NCBI GenBank assembly: GCA_003344405.1
Contig: NOWV01000187.1
Coordinates: 1-64,000 of the forward strand
Length of the DNA: 64,000 nt
Origin: Trichoplax sp. H2
Lineage: Eukaryota
Direction: 5' to 3'
The translations under genes and the position numbers were made by a program. Positions 49,064-62,844 of this stretch are shown piece by piece. A model generated the notes under the pieces. It was not told where the DNA came from, made no database searches, and saw only the letters and a program-made list of their open reading frames with translations. Within the stretch, counting starts at the first letter, position 1; every line of letters starts with the position of its first letter.

Positions 49064-52000
49064 TTATAGCGTTTTCCAATAAGAAGAAGGTGAATCTAAA
49101 TCTTGGCCAATGATCGATTTTAAGTTGATATCCTTGAAAAACTCCAAACGATGACTAACAAAATAGGTAAAATTCGTCACGTTGATTTTAAAGCCAGTCA
49201 TAGCAGTTTGTCTATATTTGTAGATCTACTTACAAATCAGGTTCTTTGCACTGGCTTTTATTAGCTGGATAAGCTGCCTCATATTGGGTGCTATCGCCAG
49301 AGCCATGAATGGCATAAGCATTGGCCTTATAAACACCTGGTGGTAGATATTCAAGAGGTATCCAAGCGCGACCTTTCCACTTACTATCATCTACTTTTGC
49401 CTTAAATTCAATTTCGAGGCCATCCTAAAAATGTAGCACCATCAAATTTTGAGATCAATACTACACTAGTTTATTAGTAGTAGCCATTGAAATTATAAAG
49501 TTATTGGATCTGTAATGGAGCAATTGAATAATTCTATTTGAAGAGATCTTGTTATAAAAGTAGCTAACGTAAGTGAAATTCTACCTTAGGAATTAATTTA
49601 CCTTGAAAGGCTTTCTGTAGTCGGAGAGCATTAAAAGTAGATATTGCCCATGACTAGAAGGAAAGGAATTTATTTACCGTGATTAACAGTGACTACTGAC
49701 TACCATCATCCATATATAAGTAATTTTACCTATTTTCAATCTTAGTAACGAGGAATAATCGCATCGTATAACAGTGGAAAATGTGGAACAAGTTATTAGT
49801 TAATCTAAATATTTCTATTCACTAAACTAATGTGTATTATATTATAGCTTGGAAAGGATAAATTGAATGCTCATATATTGATCTGTAAATTTGTATAGCT
49901 TGTATTTATACGTATATAAATTACATTGAGAAATTTATAGTCGAATCTCATGTAGGGGGCTAATTGAATGCCTCTCGATCTATAATTTTATTGAACTTGT
50001 ATTTATTAACCAAAATAGTTCCAATCTATGATTCCTGCAACACTAATGCTTATGCTTGGACTATACATTTATCTATCTTCAGTCCTGCATAAAAACATTG
50101 ACTTGTATAACCTATACATATATCTCTTAATAAAACTTACGGACAAAGCTCTACTTCCAGGTAATGGTTATTCTTTCCCAAGAAGAAAATTTCTACCACT
50201 AAAAAATGGTTTGTTAAAAAAATAGATTTCAAATACTTCGATATCAATTTAGCTTGCTAATAGAATACATTTTAATCCGATATTATTTTAGATTACTTTA
50301 CTGGGAAGACTATGTCGACTCTATTTTGATCTAATTTACCATAACGATGAGATAACAAGACCAATTAGATTTATATTTTGGTCTAATTTACCAGTAATGG
50401 TGATACAACAAGACTGATTAGACTTATTTTTTATTAGGGATTATTATAGCACAATCATAATCATAGAATAGCTTGATCATTACTTAACTGAATTTGTGAC
50501 AATGATCGCTTAATTATTGCATCAAGTTCGAGGAGAAGATAAATCATTGAAATATCTCGTATAAACTTAAATCTATCTGCTAAGTTGAATAGTCTATTGC
50601 AATCATGCTAGTTCTAATCATGATTCAGAATTTCGGTTCATCACCGAGTAAACATAATAGTGCAATTTAATCATCTTAGTTCTATCATAATCCAAAATTT
50701 CTGATCATTGCCATGTGAACATAAAAGTATTGCGTGATTGCTTATGCTAGGTTAAATCCTCATACACTTTGCGATGGCAGAAATAGCAAAGAATTTTCGA
50801 TTGATCTGTGTTTAGGGGTTTGTATCCTAGCGGATAGCCAAAGATATTGGGGTCATATTTTTCAAAACGTGTTGCATAAGTATCATAATTTCTTAAGGCA
50901 AGGAAAGTAAAAAGATTTCAGGAGAAAATACTTAAATTTTCTGTCATAGTCGATGATAACAGACGCAAAATTGCATGATTGTTACGATGATCAGCGTCAG
51001 AAATAATCCAATTATGGCATTCTAATTATGTCGTATAGCGTAATCAATAGTATCTTATAAGTGGCAATATTATCAACACAATCTGATTGATTTTTGATCA
51101 GGAATGAAAATAAACCAATGATGAAACTATGAAATTATGATGATAATGATAAAGAGCATCATGCAATGTTATATCAATGCAGTTTAATTGAATCTAATCA
51201 TGAAGATGGCAAGTAATACTAGAGCAAATTGCAACTATTTTGGAATCTGTAAATCCTCCTATGTAATAGTGGTAAATGTACTTTACCTCAGTCTATGTTT
51301 TAGGATTAAAAATAAACCGATGATGAAATTGTCATGACAAAGATAAAGAGCATCATGGTAGGTTATCAAAACAGTCTAACTACGTCTAATCATCAAGATG
51401 GTATACAACACTGATGCCGACTGCAAATGTTATGGAATCTGTAAACCCTCCTATGTACATACTCGTGGTAGAAAGTACATTACTTCAGTTTGTGCTTTAG
51501 TCGTGAAATGGAATTTGAATTAGAAGCTAAAGGACTCAAGTTAAGAATTTTATTATACCTAAGTTGCTGTATATAGTAAGCTGCAATTACTGTCATACTC
51601 GATGATAATAGAGGTAATCTCAGTAATATTCTTCACAACATAGAGCATGATTACTAGATAATCAGCAGTAAATTTGATGGTAAATGATGATCGCAATAGA
51701 TGTTGACAAATAACAGTATACAATCTGCAATATTATTTGCACAGCCTAACAGCATCTAATAATTGCAATGCGAAAGATAACGTGCAAAATTACAAATATT
51801 ATCGTCCACATTAACTAGATGATTACATCTCTATTTATTTCCACCTTATTATGCATCCTTTTGGACAATGTTGTCATGCTAGATAGCTACTTACTGTTCA
51901 TCAATTCTACGTTAAGTATGTAAATTAATAATTAGTTGTGCTCTAAGTTGCAAACCTTCATATGTCCAAAGATTCGGGCATGATTTACCAGGAGGGCAAT

Positions 52001-52151
52001 TTGGTGAAGGTGGATCATTGTAAAATGGTGATACGACATCGATGACTAGATGATGACGTTCATTTTGAAGTTGATAATTTAAATCAATCTTTGCTCCTTC
52101 ATTTTGTAGTGGTTGTCCACACCAATCTGTCTTAATCTCTATCCTGACCAT
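49064..52151 (-). CDS. C4orf33: UPF0462 / C4orf33 homolog (5 exons: 52151-51956, 50198-50141, about 49653-49602, about 49424-49234, about 49154-49064)
   Basis: Spliced translation: IKTDWCG...SPFYNDPPSP..PPGK...LWTYE VVEIFFL....HYLEVELCP HGQYLLLML...KWKGRAWIPLEYLPPGV.KANAYAIHGSG...YEAAYP...EPDF HRLEFFK. This matches the C4orf33 family throughout. Confidence 0.9.
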
Positions 52152-52314
52152 GTTGATAATTTTACACTGGAAGCGATAGCATACAGTTTGAAATGTTACA
52201 ATTATAAATAGAAGGACAGCGTAGGCCTTGTAACGATGAAAGATGCTCTAATTGCTCTATACTTCTGATAGGATGCTCTAGAAAATGATAATTTGAAGTA
52301 ATATTCAGTTTAAT

Positions 52315-54895
52315 ATGCAATGTAATGATTTTAGACTCTATCCTAGGTGAGCTGTCATGTTAGAATGATATCCGGTGCGATAATTATAATTGTTAGAGAA
52401 CAATTTAATTAATACTTATAAAGATTCTATTACAAGACTTTACAAATAGTACCATAGTCATCTCAATTCTATACCATATACAGCTCAAGGCATGATGATT
52501 CTAGACACCCTGCAACTAGTGAATGTATTGTAAGTAAGGAATTGATTATAGGACTAGTAGGAAAGAGCACTGGATAAACTCTGTACGAGAATGTAACATA
52601 GATTTGAGTTACTATACTACAACATAGCTCGTCAAAAAACAGGAAATGTATAGCTAACTCTAGATCAAGGGACTATTTAAGTAGGATGATGATGAACAAA
52701 TTTTATCTGTCATACTCGATTCAGAGACTATACATAGAGATTTTTCTATATTGCTGAGACTAGAGAAGCATGTCGGAAAGGGAAAAAGGTACAGAATAAA
52801 GATCGTAGATATAATATTAAGCTACTGCATGATATACTATGTCGGTAATACATTAGTAATAAAATGAATAAATTCATACTAGGTCTATTTTAAAGATGAA
52901 ACGATAAACAAACCCTACATGCAAGATTGACTTTAGGCCCTATACCGGCGATGGCTTAGAATATCATGGCATAAAACGTCTATATATCAAACACCATCAA
53001 AAATAATAGACAAACTCGATTTGCAAGATTGATCACTGACGTAATACTAGTTCTAGGCTAGAATATCCTAACGAATAAACTGTACATGCAATATCTAATT
53101 TTAGACACCATCTTACTGCCTACATAAAGTCTTATACTATCGGCAATGAATAAATTTATGACAAGACTATAATAGCTTATGAGGCTGATGATAGCTATTG
53201 GCGATATGGATTTCAGACAGTATACTAGGATGCAGACTGAAATATCGTATTAAATAGGAAATAGGTTTTGAGTAAATTGTGCTTGATATTAAGTATATTA
53301 AAACCTGGCAATGTTATAGAGACTAGCACAATGGCATGTTATGGTTACGCCCTTGTTTCTAGACACTAGAAATTGATACTAGTAACTGCTATTAAAAGTC
53401 GCAAACATAGCAATTAGCTATAAATAATCACTAAGCGGTTAGCGAATCTTCTCATTTCTATCATTAAGTTGGAGTTCCTACTGGGTCATCAAGATATTTC
53501 TAATAGTATAGCGTAATATGATTTTGTTCTCCATACCATCGGTTATTGAATGCGATAATTATAATTATTGGATCAGTAGACGTTTCAATTCCGATCAAAA
53601 TCGAGTATAGTTGTAGCATTGCCTGGATATAGAGTGGATAATCTATAAAGAAGAAATACCGTAGCATTCCTTCTACTAAGAAAGATTAAAATAGCTAATC
53701 GAAATCGATCCTATTTACCATGATTGTTTTAACTGTCAAGATGTTACAATATTAATCATTGACATTATTTACAACTGGATCTTCAAGTAATAACATTCAT
53801 CTATTAATCGAACTATTAGCCATCTGCTAGAACATGCAAGCCAATCATTCCAATTGCATCGCCATATTATTTAATCAAGCTACAAGTGAACCTGTATGCA
53901 TGTTACTATGGTAAGCAATAATTTATGCAAAATAGTCATCTTGAATCGTTGAAGGAAATATCGGTAAGTTAGTTGGCCTAATGATAGTTATGAACTGCAG
54001 AATAAATACTCTATATTCACCAATGCAATTTGGCTGGTAGAACTGCACTAGAAAAGATGATAGTGTAGCAGTTATCGCTTTCTATGAGTTATATTAATAC
54101 TCTTATAAATCCAAATTTATCCTCCATTATTTCCAGGTCTATTGCTAATGGCAATACTCAAGTGTTATCCAATGATACCAAGGTTAAAGAGATTTGTAAC
54201 TACAAAATATACCGTCGAAATAAATAAAAGCAAATCCTCATTAACTATTTAACCATAATAGATTTTAGTATCCTTCTTAATTCTGCTAAAGAGTATAACC
54301 TTAAACAATTACTATAACGTTTTCAATTTACAGTTTAACTTTTACTTAAATGATCGTCGAGAGGTTAGCCAAGCATTACACCAAATTCGACTTGATCTTA
54401 TGGAAAGCTGCCCTGCTGCTGTGCAAAGTAAGAAACGATTCACGATAAGCAATACAGAACAAATTTTATTTATACGTGAAAGTCCTTCAAACATATTTTC
54501 TTCCATAGAAATGAATAATTTTACCTGCCGTTTATCGATTTCTTACTATTCTACTATTTAGTACCCTTTGAAATCCTTTTCGTAGCAAAGGAATCCTAAT
54601 TTCTACCTGTCGCTTTATTATTATCCTACTAACTGCAATACAGATAACTTCTTAACATCGTTAGCATTATAAAAATTGAACTCTTTTTATACAACTAGAT
54701 GTCTATGTTGTACACCATGTAACTCATGAATTTGCAAGGTAAGAGTATTAAAGTACTCACTGCTAGTATTAACCTACTTAAATCACCAGCTAAAGTCAGA
54801 ACTATTTTTGTATTAACGACATCAAATTCGAAATGGGATTCTCTAACCCTTGCAACAAATTCTGCTTCTAACTGTTTCCAGATCTATGGACTTAA
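52315..54895 (+). CDS. Predicted small 6-exon hypothetical gene (about 93 aa)
   Basis: Phase-compatible GT-AG exons at 52315-52346, 52484-52529, 53831-53910, 54137-54182, 54364-54427 and 54882-54895. No recognised homology, and one acceptor is weak. Confidence 0.35.
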
Positions 54896-56648
54896 TCATC
54901 AACGTAAGTTTAAAGTCAATTTTTCTTATGATAGACTTTACTATGCATAGCATTACGCTGCTTATATCGATGAGTGTTTAATCCGTTTCAAATCGAATCA
55001 AATGTAGTTTTATGAATCTCTCTCATTAATGAAGCGCTACATAAGCTATATCCTTTCACAGAAAATTGCTAAAATACTTTATTGCGAAATAGATCTGATT
55101 ATGTTCTACGTGCAATCCGAACTTTTGATTAGGTTTAGCTTAAGGGATTTGTAAGCTAAAGCTGCTAAATCGATAATATTTTATTTACAAATCAAGATTT
55201 CTTATAATAATCAATAGTAATTAATAAAGTCACCTAATGCATCTGTGGTTGCAGCCTTTTTTCAGCTTACTTAATGCTACTTGTAGACTAAAACGGATGC
55301 GATATGGACTATAAACTACTTTAGAATTTGAAAGAGTACTTACATATCATTGTATAATGATTAATCAAATCATGCAGTCAATTAATATAGTCATACCAAT
55401 TTATATCGGTACATATACGTTTAAAATCTTAATCATCTGTCCAGATAGCAGCATTTTATTCCTACTATGCATAGTTCAATAGACATAAAATGGGTAAATA
55501 GTGCTACGCTTAGTCAGTTAGTTGATGTGGCATTAAGCATATATACTTATATTCATGCAGGTTACAACCAATACAGCGAATAATCGTATAATCAAAAAGT
55601 TATTACCTCCTAAGACGATGGTGAGTAATATTTTTATTTTATCATTAATCTGACAAGGCATTATGTAGAATGTTAGATTTACAGTTTATAAGTAAGGAGT
55701 GAAACTGAATTTCACTACATCTCATGATATAACCATACGAAAATTCGAAATCATATATAATGAGCTTAGCTACTATCAGTCGTTTCGAGAAAGATATAGT
55801 CAATATGGATGAAAAATCGGCTATTTTCATCTTTCAGGTGGTTCAAATCGATTCGCCAGCCATAGTCTATTACATGAACACGGGACATAGGTAAATAGAT
55901 ATTGACTAGCAATCATTCTCCTATTGCTTATGTTATACGAGTGGTAAGCATATTTGTAATCATTTTGATTAACTTAAGGAAGATAGATTTATTTTCCAAA
56001 CACTCGTAAAAAAATTAGCATAATTTTCGACTTTACTGCTAATACAGTTATCAGTAATACATACTATCAGGGCTATCGCTGTCTGAATTGATGAGAAATT
56101 TTCAAATAAAATTAAGAAGAAATTATAATCATTGTTAATTGCAGATTTTCAATCCTATCTTGGGTGGATAAAATGTCACACCAAGTTTTTATTGACTGCC
56201 TACAAATTCAGGTAAATGGATTGAATATCGTTTCAAGTTATATATAGACGAAAATGCCGCCCAATAAAAATAACTAACTTCAATTCTGGGTGATTTCTAA
56301 CCTAGGAAAAGAAGAAAGAGCAGATATTGTTAAAAAATCTTGGACCTAATCCACGTTTATAAAAGAAACACCATATAGTCTTATTTCATTATGTTACAGA
56401 ATTTATCTCTAAAGACATATTTTTAAGGTTAATCCTAATTCTAATAAGCAGTTTTTACTGTTATCTATATTGCTATGAACTCTAATAATGTTCAAATTAT
56501 GAAAAGCAACACGACAAGTTATATTGCTATTTTATCAGCTATAAAAAGTTTTCTAGTTCGTAATTGTCATATAAAATCTTGTTGTATTGGTAAAATAGTT
56601 TACAATTTTACTAGTAATAAAAATTACTATTTTACCTTAAAATTTATT

Positions 56649-59600
56649 CTAAACGATAGTGGCATTAAGTTTTCGTTTTCGTAACTCATCGATACTTTTA
56701 AATCCATTATCGCCATTTAATGTATTGGAAATTTCAGTTTGCTTCGAAAATAAATTAACTAATGATTTACTTCTTGTTCCGTCGAACATTAATGTTTGAT
56801 GGCAGCATGATGTACCATTATTGAAGCATTGATTTAGTTGAATATATTGGCTATTGCCAGCATGTAAGGAATCAGCGCGTTCCTTTCTTACTCTTTTATT
56901 CTGTAGCATTTCATGGTTGGTGGTGGTATCTTTAGTGATTTTAATAGCAATATCTACATTTCCACTCCCATTCAATTTATTATCCGTATCATAATTTTCT
57001 CTGCTCGAGCATTCTTCAGCATTTGTGGTCTGCATCAATTCAACTCCGTCACTATTACTATTTTGAAGGCTTTGAGCATTTTCATTTGCGTAATCATAAC
57101 TCGTCGTTATTGGATGTTTTTCTGTTGTAGTAACTGGCTTTAAGAAGGATGATCTACGTCGTATAAGCTCATCAGATGATTTCGATTTATAAATGAGTTT
57201 CTTCTTGTTTCCATCAGGGGGTATTTGATATGTAGCAATGAGAGCTTTTAACTCCTGTTCTCGATTACTCGTTCGCCTTACTAAGGGGTATGGGTTTTCC
57301 TGAAATTGATAAGATACTTTATCCAAGAGTTGATCGATGATATTTCGATTCTTTTTCGTCATAGACTGATTTTCGAGACTAAATTTGGAGCGTAGTTTTC
57401 TGCCCTGTAAGAAATAAAATAGCTCATTATTTAAAAGATAATTTAATTTAAGTTATAAGATGTTCTTCACTCTTTAAACCAATAAAGGATAGCTTAGAGT
57501 TATATTTATTTTCTCATTCTCAACACTTTCCTCAGTAGCTCCATGCACTGCTGCCATCAACATAAACAACTGTTGTAATATAACGTCAATATCAACAGTC
57601 TGCTTGTCCTCACAGAAATAATGTGCTAATCTTCGCGATTGCTTCTCCATAGTTTTAGTCATGATCGTAATAGCATTGGACTCCCTTTTGTACTTCTAAA
57701 CGGGATAAAAATGAGATTAAAAATTACATTTTAGGAATTATAAAACAGGTTTGCAAGCAGCCTTCCATGATATAACTACTGTCCAATGATCTAATTTTAC
57801 ATATAATTCCGAACAAATTATTACTTCTACGAATTCAATAATTTTTGTCTTAATCTCCGGTATCAGCTCCATTTCTGCACCACATCGAAGTAGCAGTAAT
57901 TTAGACTCCAATGTCAATATTGAAGATTTAATTTCGCAGTAAGGCAATCTACAGTTAAATGTAGAAAAAAAATTCGTATAAAACTGTGCAAGTATTAACG
58001 GTTTAATTATAGAGTTATTTATTAGTTGAGCAAACTGAAAGATATACTTGATGCAACTTTTCAGAGAAGGTAGAAGATCTAGCCAAGACAAGCAATGAAT
58101 TTGGCTATCAATGATGTGCTAAATTTAGGGGAAAAATTGAAATTGAGTTTAGTATTGAGAATTCATATTGCTATGTCATAAAACGATATGTTGCAATTCA
58201 GGAGCATTCGAATATCGACCTTGACAATATAATCAATGAGCAGGTGATCTGAGTTATCCATCGTTGTGTTAATTAATGCAATTAGCACTTTCAGAGAAAA
58301 GCCTTTAGCAAATTTTCCCTGTGTGATTAATAATACAAGAAAATTGATCTGCTTACAAGAGTGATTGATAGGTAAGCACTACCGTTAAGAAACAAGGAGA
58401 ATATTGATTAGGCCCTATTTGGATCACTATTATCGGACTAATCCAGTACGCTGTTATATAGAATAACTTTAATCGTTGACATATACACAAGCGCTACCAT
58501 TTTTGTTATTTGTTGACCAACCAATAGGACAACTTCCATAAATTCAACCAAAGACTGGCTCTCAAGCAAATCTATAGAAGATACAAAAATACAAAATTGT
58601 CAATATTATCGAATGAGAGAAGATTTTATAGTTTAGGACAATTATACAAATCCTTAACGATCAACTTTAAACGATGTTGTAGCTATCTTGGATCATATAG
58701 GATAATTATTAACTGTTTTCGTCTATTATGTACAGTATGAGGAAATTTGCACAAAAATTACATGATTATGCAAAATAATAATTATAAAACATGGTACAGT
58801 AGTCTATAAAGGATATTTATAAAGCTCGTTGACATAACGAGAGAAATTTTAGAGATAGTATTCTGAGAATTAATTAACAACTCAATCTGTGCAAATTGAA
58901 AGTTAATTTAGCTTACAGTGTTATTTTGCGAAAATAAAATGCATTATGAAAGTCAAAATAAAGCTTCGCCAATCATACCTTCTATAATTTTTATATATGA
59001 GGACAATGCGCTTTTCCACTTTTCAAAATAATTTGCACACTCTTCTACGGCAATAATATACTTGATCCGGTTTAAATAGCTTTATGTATTATAGAGGATT
59101 AAAGTAAATTCCAATCGATTAAAAAAGAAAAATACTACAAAGTGCTAAACTATGGTTAAAATTGGTCCTACATAAGTTTTATCCTTAAAATAAGAATATC
59201 GTTATTTATGATCAAACCTTGGTATATTGGTTACTGAATAGAGAAATAAATCGATATAGCCCAGGCTTAGCTTATTGGTAAGTCGTAGCGTTAACTTCTT
59301 TTCCTAATAGATACCGCCATATTAATCGGAATGATTCGATCATCAATTAAAAAGTAGTATTATTAAAATGGTATTGACAAGATACCGGCTCAAGTTCTTC
59401 CATAATCATTTGAAGTCGCTGAAATATGCGAATTGGAAGTTGTTGCCTATCGGCGTAACGAATAGCCTGGAGAACATCTTCCGTATTGCTGTTGTAACTA
59501 GTTGCAAGTAAAAAAATTGATATCTGCATTAATACTTTTAAAATCATTTTAAATCATATTTTTTACGAAAGTGAATAGAAGATGGTAGATTAAAGGTATA

Positions 59601-62600
59601 AGTCAAGTAGAATTATTCTAGCGTATAATCATTTCATAGATCATCAGAGAGGTAAAAGAGTGATCTTTTCAGCTATTTTAAGGCAATGAAACGTATTGAA
59701 AGTACAATGCCAACTCTATTTTATGATTAAAAGTAGATTTAATGCCGTCGTACTTTTTAAAACAACAAATGCTGGTTTAGAAGTATATTCATTTCATGAT
59801 TAAATGGGAATGCCATAAGTTTAAACGCATTCATTTCTACTGTTGTTCTAAAGCAAGCAAATTGTCCTATCCGTTCCATAGCTTACTAAGTAGGATCAAG
59901 TACCGTAATGACAAAACTTCATAAGGTCTCAGAATAGCACTATGGTCTTGAGTAAATGAAGTATAGGGCGTAATACAATATTAGAGAAGTGTTTGTTCCA
60001 ATGTTCTCTTCAGCACTGATGACTCTGAAAGGTTTTGATAGCATAATTTTATAGCCACATAAGGGAAGTTGCATAATATTATTTTCGACTACTCAGTCAT
60101 GATTATTATGACATCATTGGTGAGAGATACTACTGGAATTCATGGGAGAAAGCCAGTTTTACAGTTGTTAGAGGTGCTAATATTGGCAAACTTTATTTTC
60201 CCATAGCATAAATTTAGACCTATCAACTGCTAGCATTGATCATAAAACATAGAGGGCAAAAGTTTAATTAAGATCCGGAATAAAGCTATCTACAACTAGC
60301 TATAATTAATGGGAGTTGATACTTGCAAACTTGCTCTCATGATTTAGGATGTATTCGAGTAGAGATGAGGTAGCAAGATGACTGGAAAGAATACTATTAA
60401 AAATTATGGTCGGCCGATAATGATAAATTTTCAGAATTTACTCCAGACTGCTACTTCGTGGTTATAAAGGTAAGTACGAAAACTACCATAAATTATTTCC
60501 TTCATAGCTTTGAATAAGCAGGAAATACGTAATTGAAAATTACTATCCTTGTATTCCTATAATTTGATAAATGTTTTCTTACCAAGTCGTCAATTGATGT
60601 AAAAATATTTTTGTTACGAAAATGATTGGATGATAAAATTGACTTCCTGCCTATTAAAAGTAGATGCAAGTTTCATCTTAAAAAATACTTACATACTTCA
60701 GCTACAAATGACGAAAACAAGTTTATAAGACTTCATCGAATAGGTTTTCAATCTATAGAATCAATTACTTTGACATATCGATCGTGCATTACCGTTAAAC
60801 TTTCTATTTACCTTATTTAGCTTAAAACCTGAGGTGATTTCTTTCTTTTTACCGTTAAGTTGAGTATTGAATACGCTATCAGAATTAGTTAATGGACTCT
60901 GTAGGGGTTTATTCTGGATTAAATTCCAAATGCTTTGTGGATGGATTTTAGTTACCGCTGGTAAATGAATCCAGTATCTAGGCTGCCATTGCATCTTTCG
61001 AGACGTACAAGATGAAGTAGTATTATTATTATCATCGCATCTATCCCGCAGATGTAATTGGGGAATATCGAAATGATCGATATCGGGCAAACTGCTAGCA
61101 TCTTTATAGGTAGGATTCACTGATAAATGGACAGTAGCAAGTTTATCTTTACTTAATAATGATGGACGAATGATAGTTGTAGTAATATGGGTTATTGTAG
61201 CTATAGGTGTAGTCTTTTTTAATGTAACTGTCGTAATTTGATGGTTCTCTTTGTTGGAGGTTCGAACATCTCTCTCTGTCCAGTTATCAATTAAAGTATG
61301 CTGAGAGTTTGGAAAGTACGTTTTAAATTGGCTGGACTCTCCATCATTTTCAATTAATAATTTTTCTGTATATTTCCAGATGCTTTCAATCAGGCCGATG
61401 TTAGAATGATCCATGAGCAAGAGTAAATTTTGAAATAGAGCTAGGAGAGTCTCTCGACTACCAAGGCAATGAGCCTATATATCAAAATGGATTGTTATGG
61501 TATATATCGATATAGCTATGATAAACTGATATAAAATAATAGCAAACATCTAGAATTATCAACCATGCGTCAAATTTACAGTTTCGATAATTTGGAAATT
61601 ATAGTAATAAATTCAAAATTTATCTAACGAGTAAAATTTAAAATTACGGTCTTAAAGATAATTGAATTAGGAAATACCCGTCTTCTCGTATAACAAGAAT
61701 AACCACAGCATACATAGTAATGAAGTTAACTAAGCTAAATAGATCCAGCTAATAGTGCCATCTAATTGAACATTTATTTAATAACTATACGAACGAAATT
61801 AATGCATCTAATGCGATAGCTTAATTTCGACAGGGAAAATAATTGTAATATAAAAGAGTTATTACAGGATTAAATCTTTACCACTATTCTAACCTTGTCC
61901 AGAACTGCGTGGATCAATTGGATTGGATTAGTCAAGTCTATACCATCCATTTCAGCAATTGCTTCTTCATCGGCATGCCAATTTTTAAGAAACTGATTGA
62001 TTTGGAATGTTAATTTTGGTTCATGAAGATTTCTAAATCAGGATTGCGTTCGATATAATAAACATTTTAATTAAAAGTAAATCATAAGAAAAATTATGAT
62101 ATCCTCCTGTTAATTTCCTTTCTTTGTTTTTACTATCGTAATATAATCACAAATATTGACTTGAGCCTCAGTCCTAATTCGTTAATAATACGACGCTGGA
62201 GTGATACACCGAAAAGTAATAAAGCTTTTAATACTTACCTCATTTGCCTTATAACTAGTGAAAAATTTTGACCTTAACATTTATAAAAAAGGAATTAATG
62301 AAAAGATAAATTAGAGAGTTGCATTGCCTTAAATACAGTTTGATTCTAATTTATAAGCAACAAATTTACCAATAATCTTAGTCAATAAATTGCATCAGAA
62401 CGAGAATGAATACTATTACATAAAAACAAAACATAGTTCGAAATTCTTACACCAGATCTTGCTACGCAGAATAATTCTGGCTCGGACGTCCGTAATAATA
62501 TTTATAACGCAATTAATAAAGAGTAGGCAGTTGTGATTGAGCTGATGATTGCTGATTTGCAAGTCTTTAACCACACCATGAACGAACTGTTCAATGTAAT

Positions 62601-62844
62601 TCTACTCAAATAACATGATGCTAAATTAAGTCTTAAATCAAAAATTGAAACTGTTGAAATTGAACTTTCAACAGAATGCTATGGCATAGTTATGTCTGTG
62701 GATGAAAGGATATTCAAAATTGATGATGCTTTACCTGTTTTGATGTTATAAGCTTTCGAACTGCTTTTTCGCTTTCATTCGAATATAAGCATAATGCTGC
62801 TATCAATTGATAGACAACTTTACGAATTGCCATATCTTCTGAAC
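56649..62844 (-). CDS. INF2: Divergent INF2-like formin (DID/FH3 - linker - FH2 - WH2/DAD-like tail); 5' end unresolved
   Basis: DID exons SEDMAIRKVVYQLIAALCLYS, CLLFINCVI...RARIILRS, QINQFLKNWHADEE...GIDLTNPIQLIHAVLDK and LLALFQNLLLL...IWKYTEKL parallel INF2. FH2 segments: RYWIHLP...SIWN, AKGFSLKVL, LAHYFCED. Tail IIDQLLDKVSYQF resembles the INF2 WH2/DAD. Confidence 0.78.

Noticed and set aside
61894-62032. Apparent frameshift in a formin exon
   Set aside because: Re-reading shows a CCAAT duplication keeps the frame (NPIQLIHAVLDK), and the exon phases are compatible.
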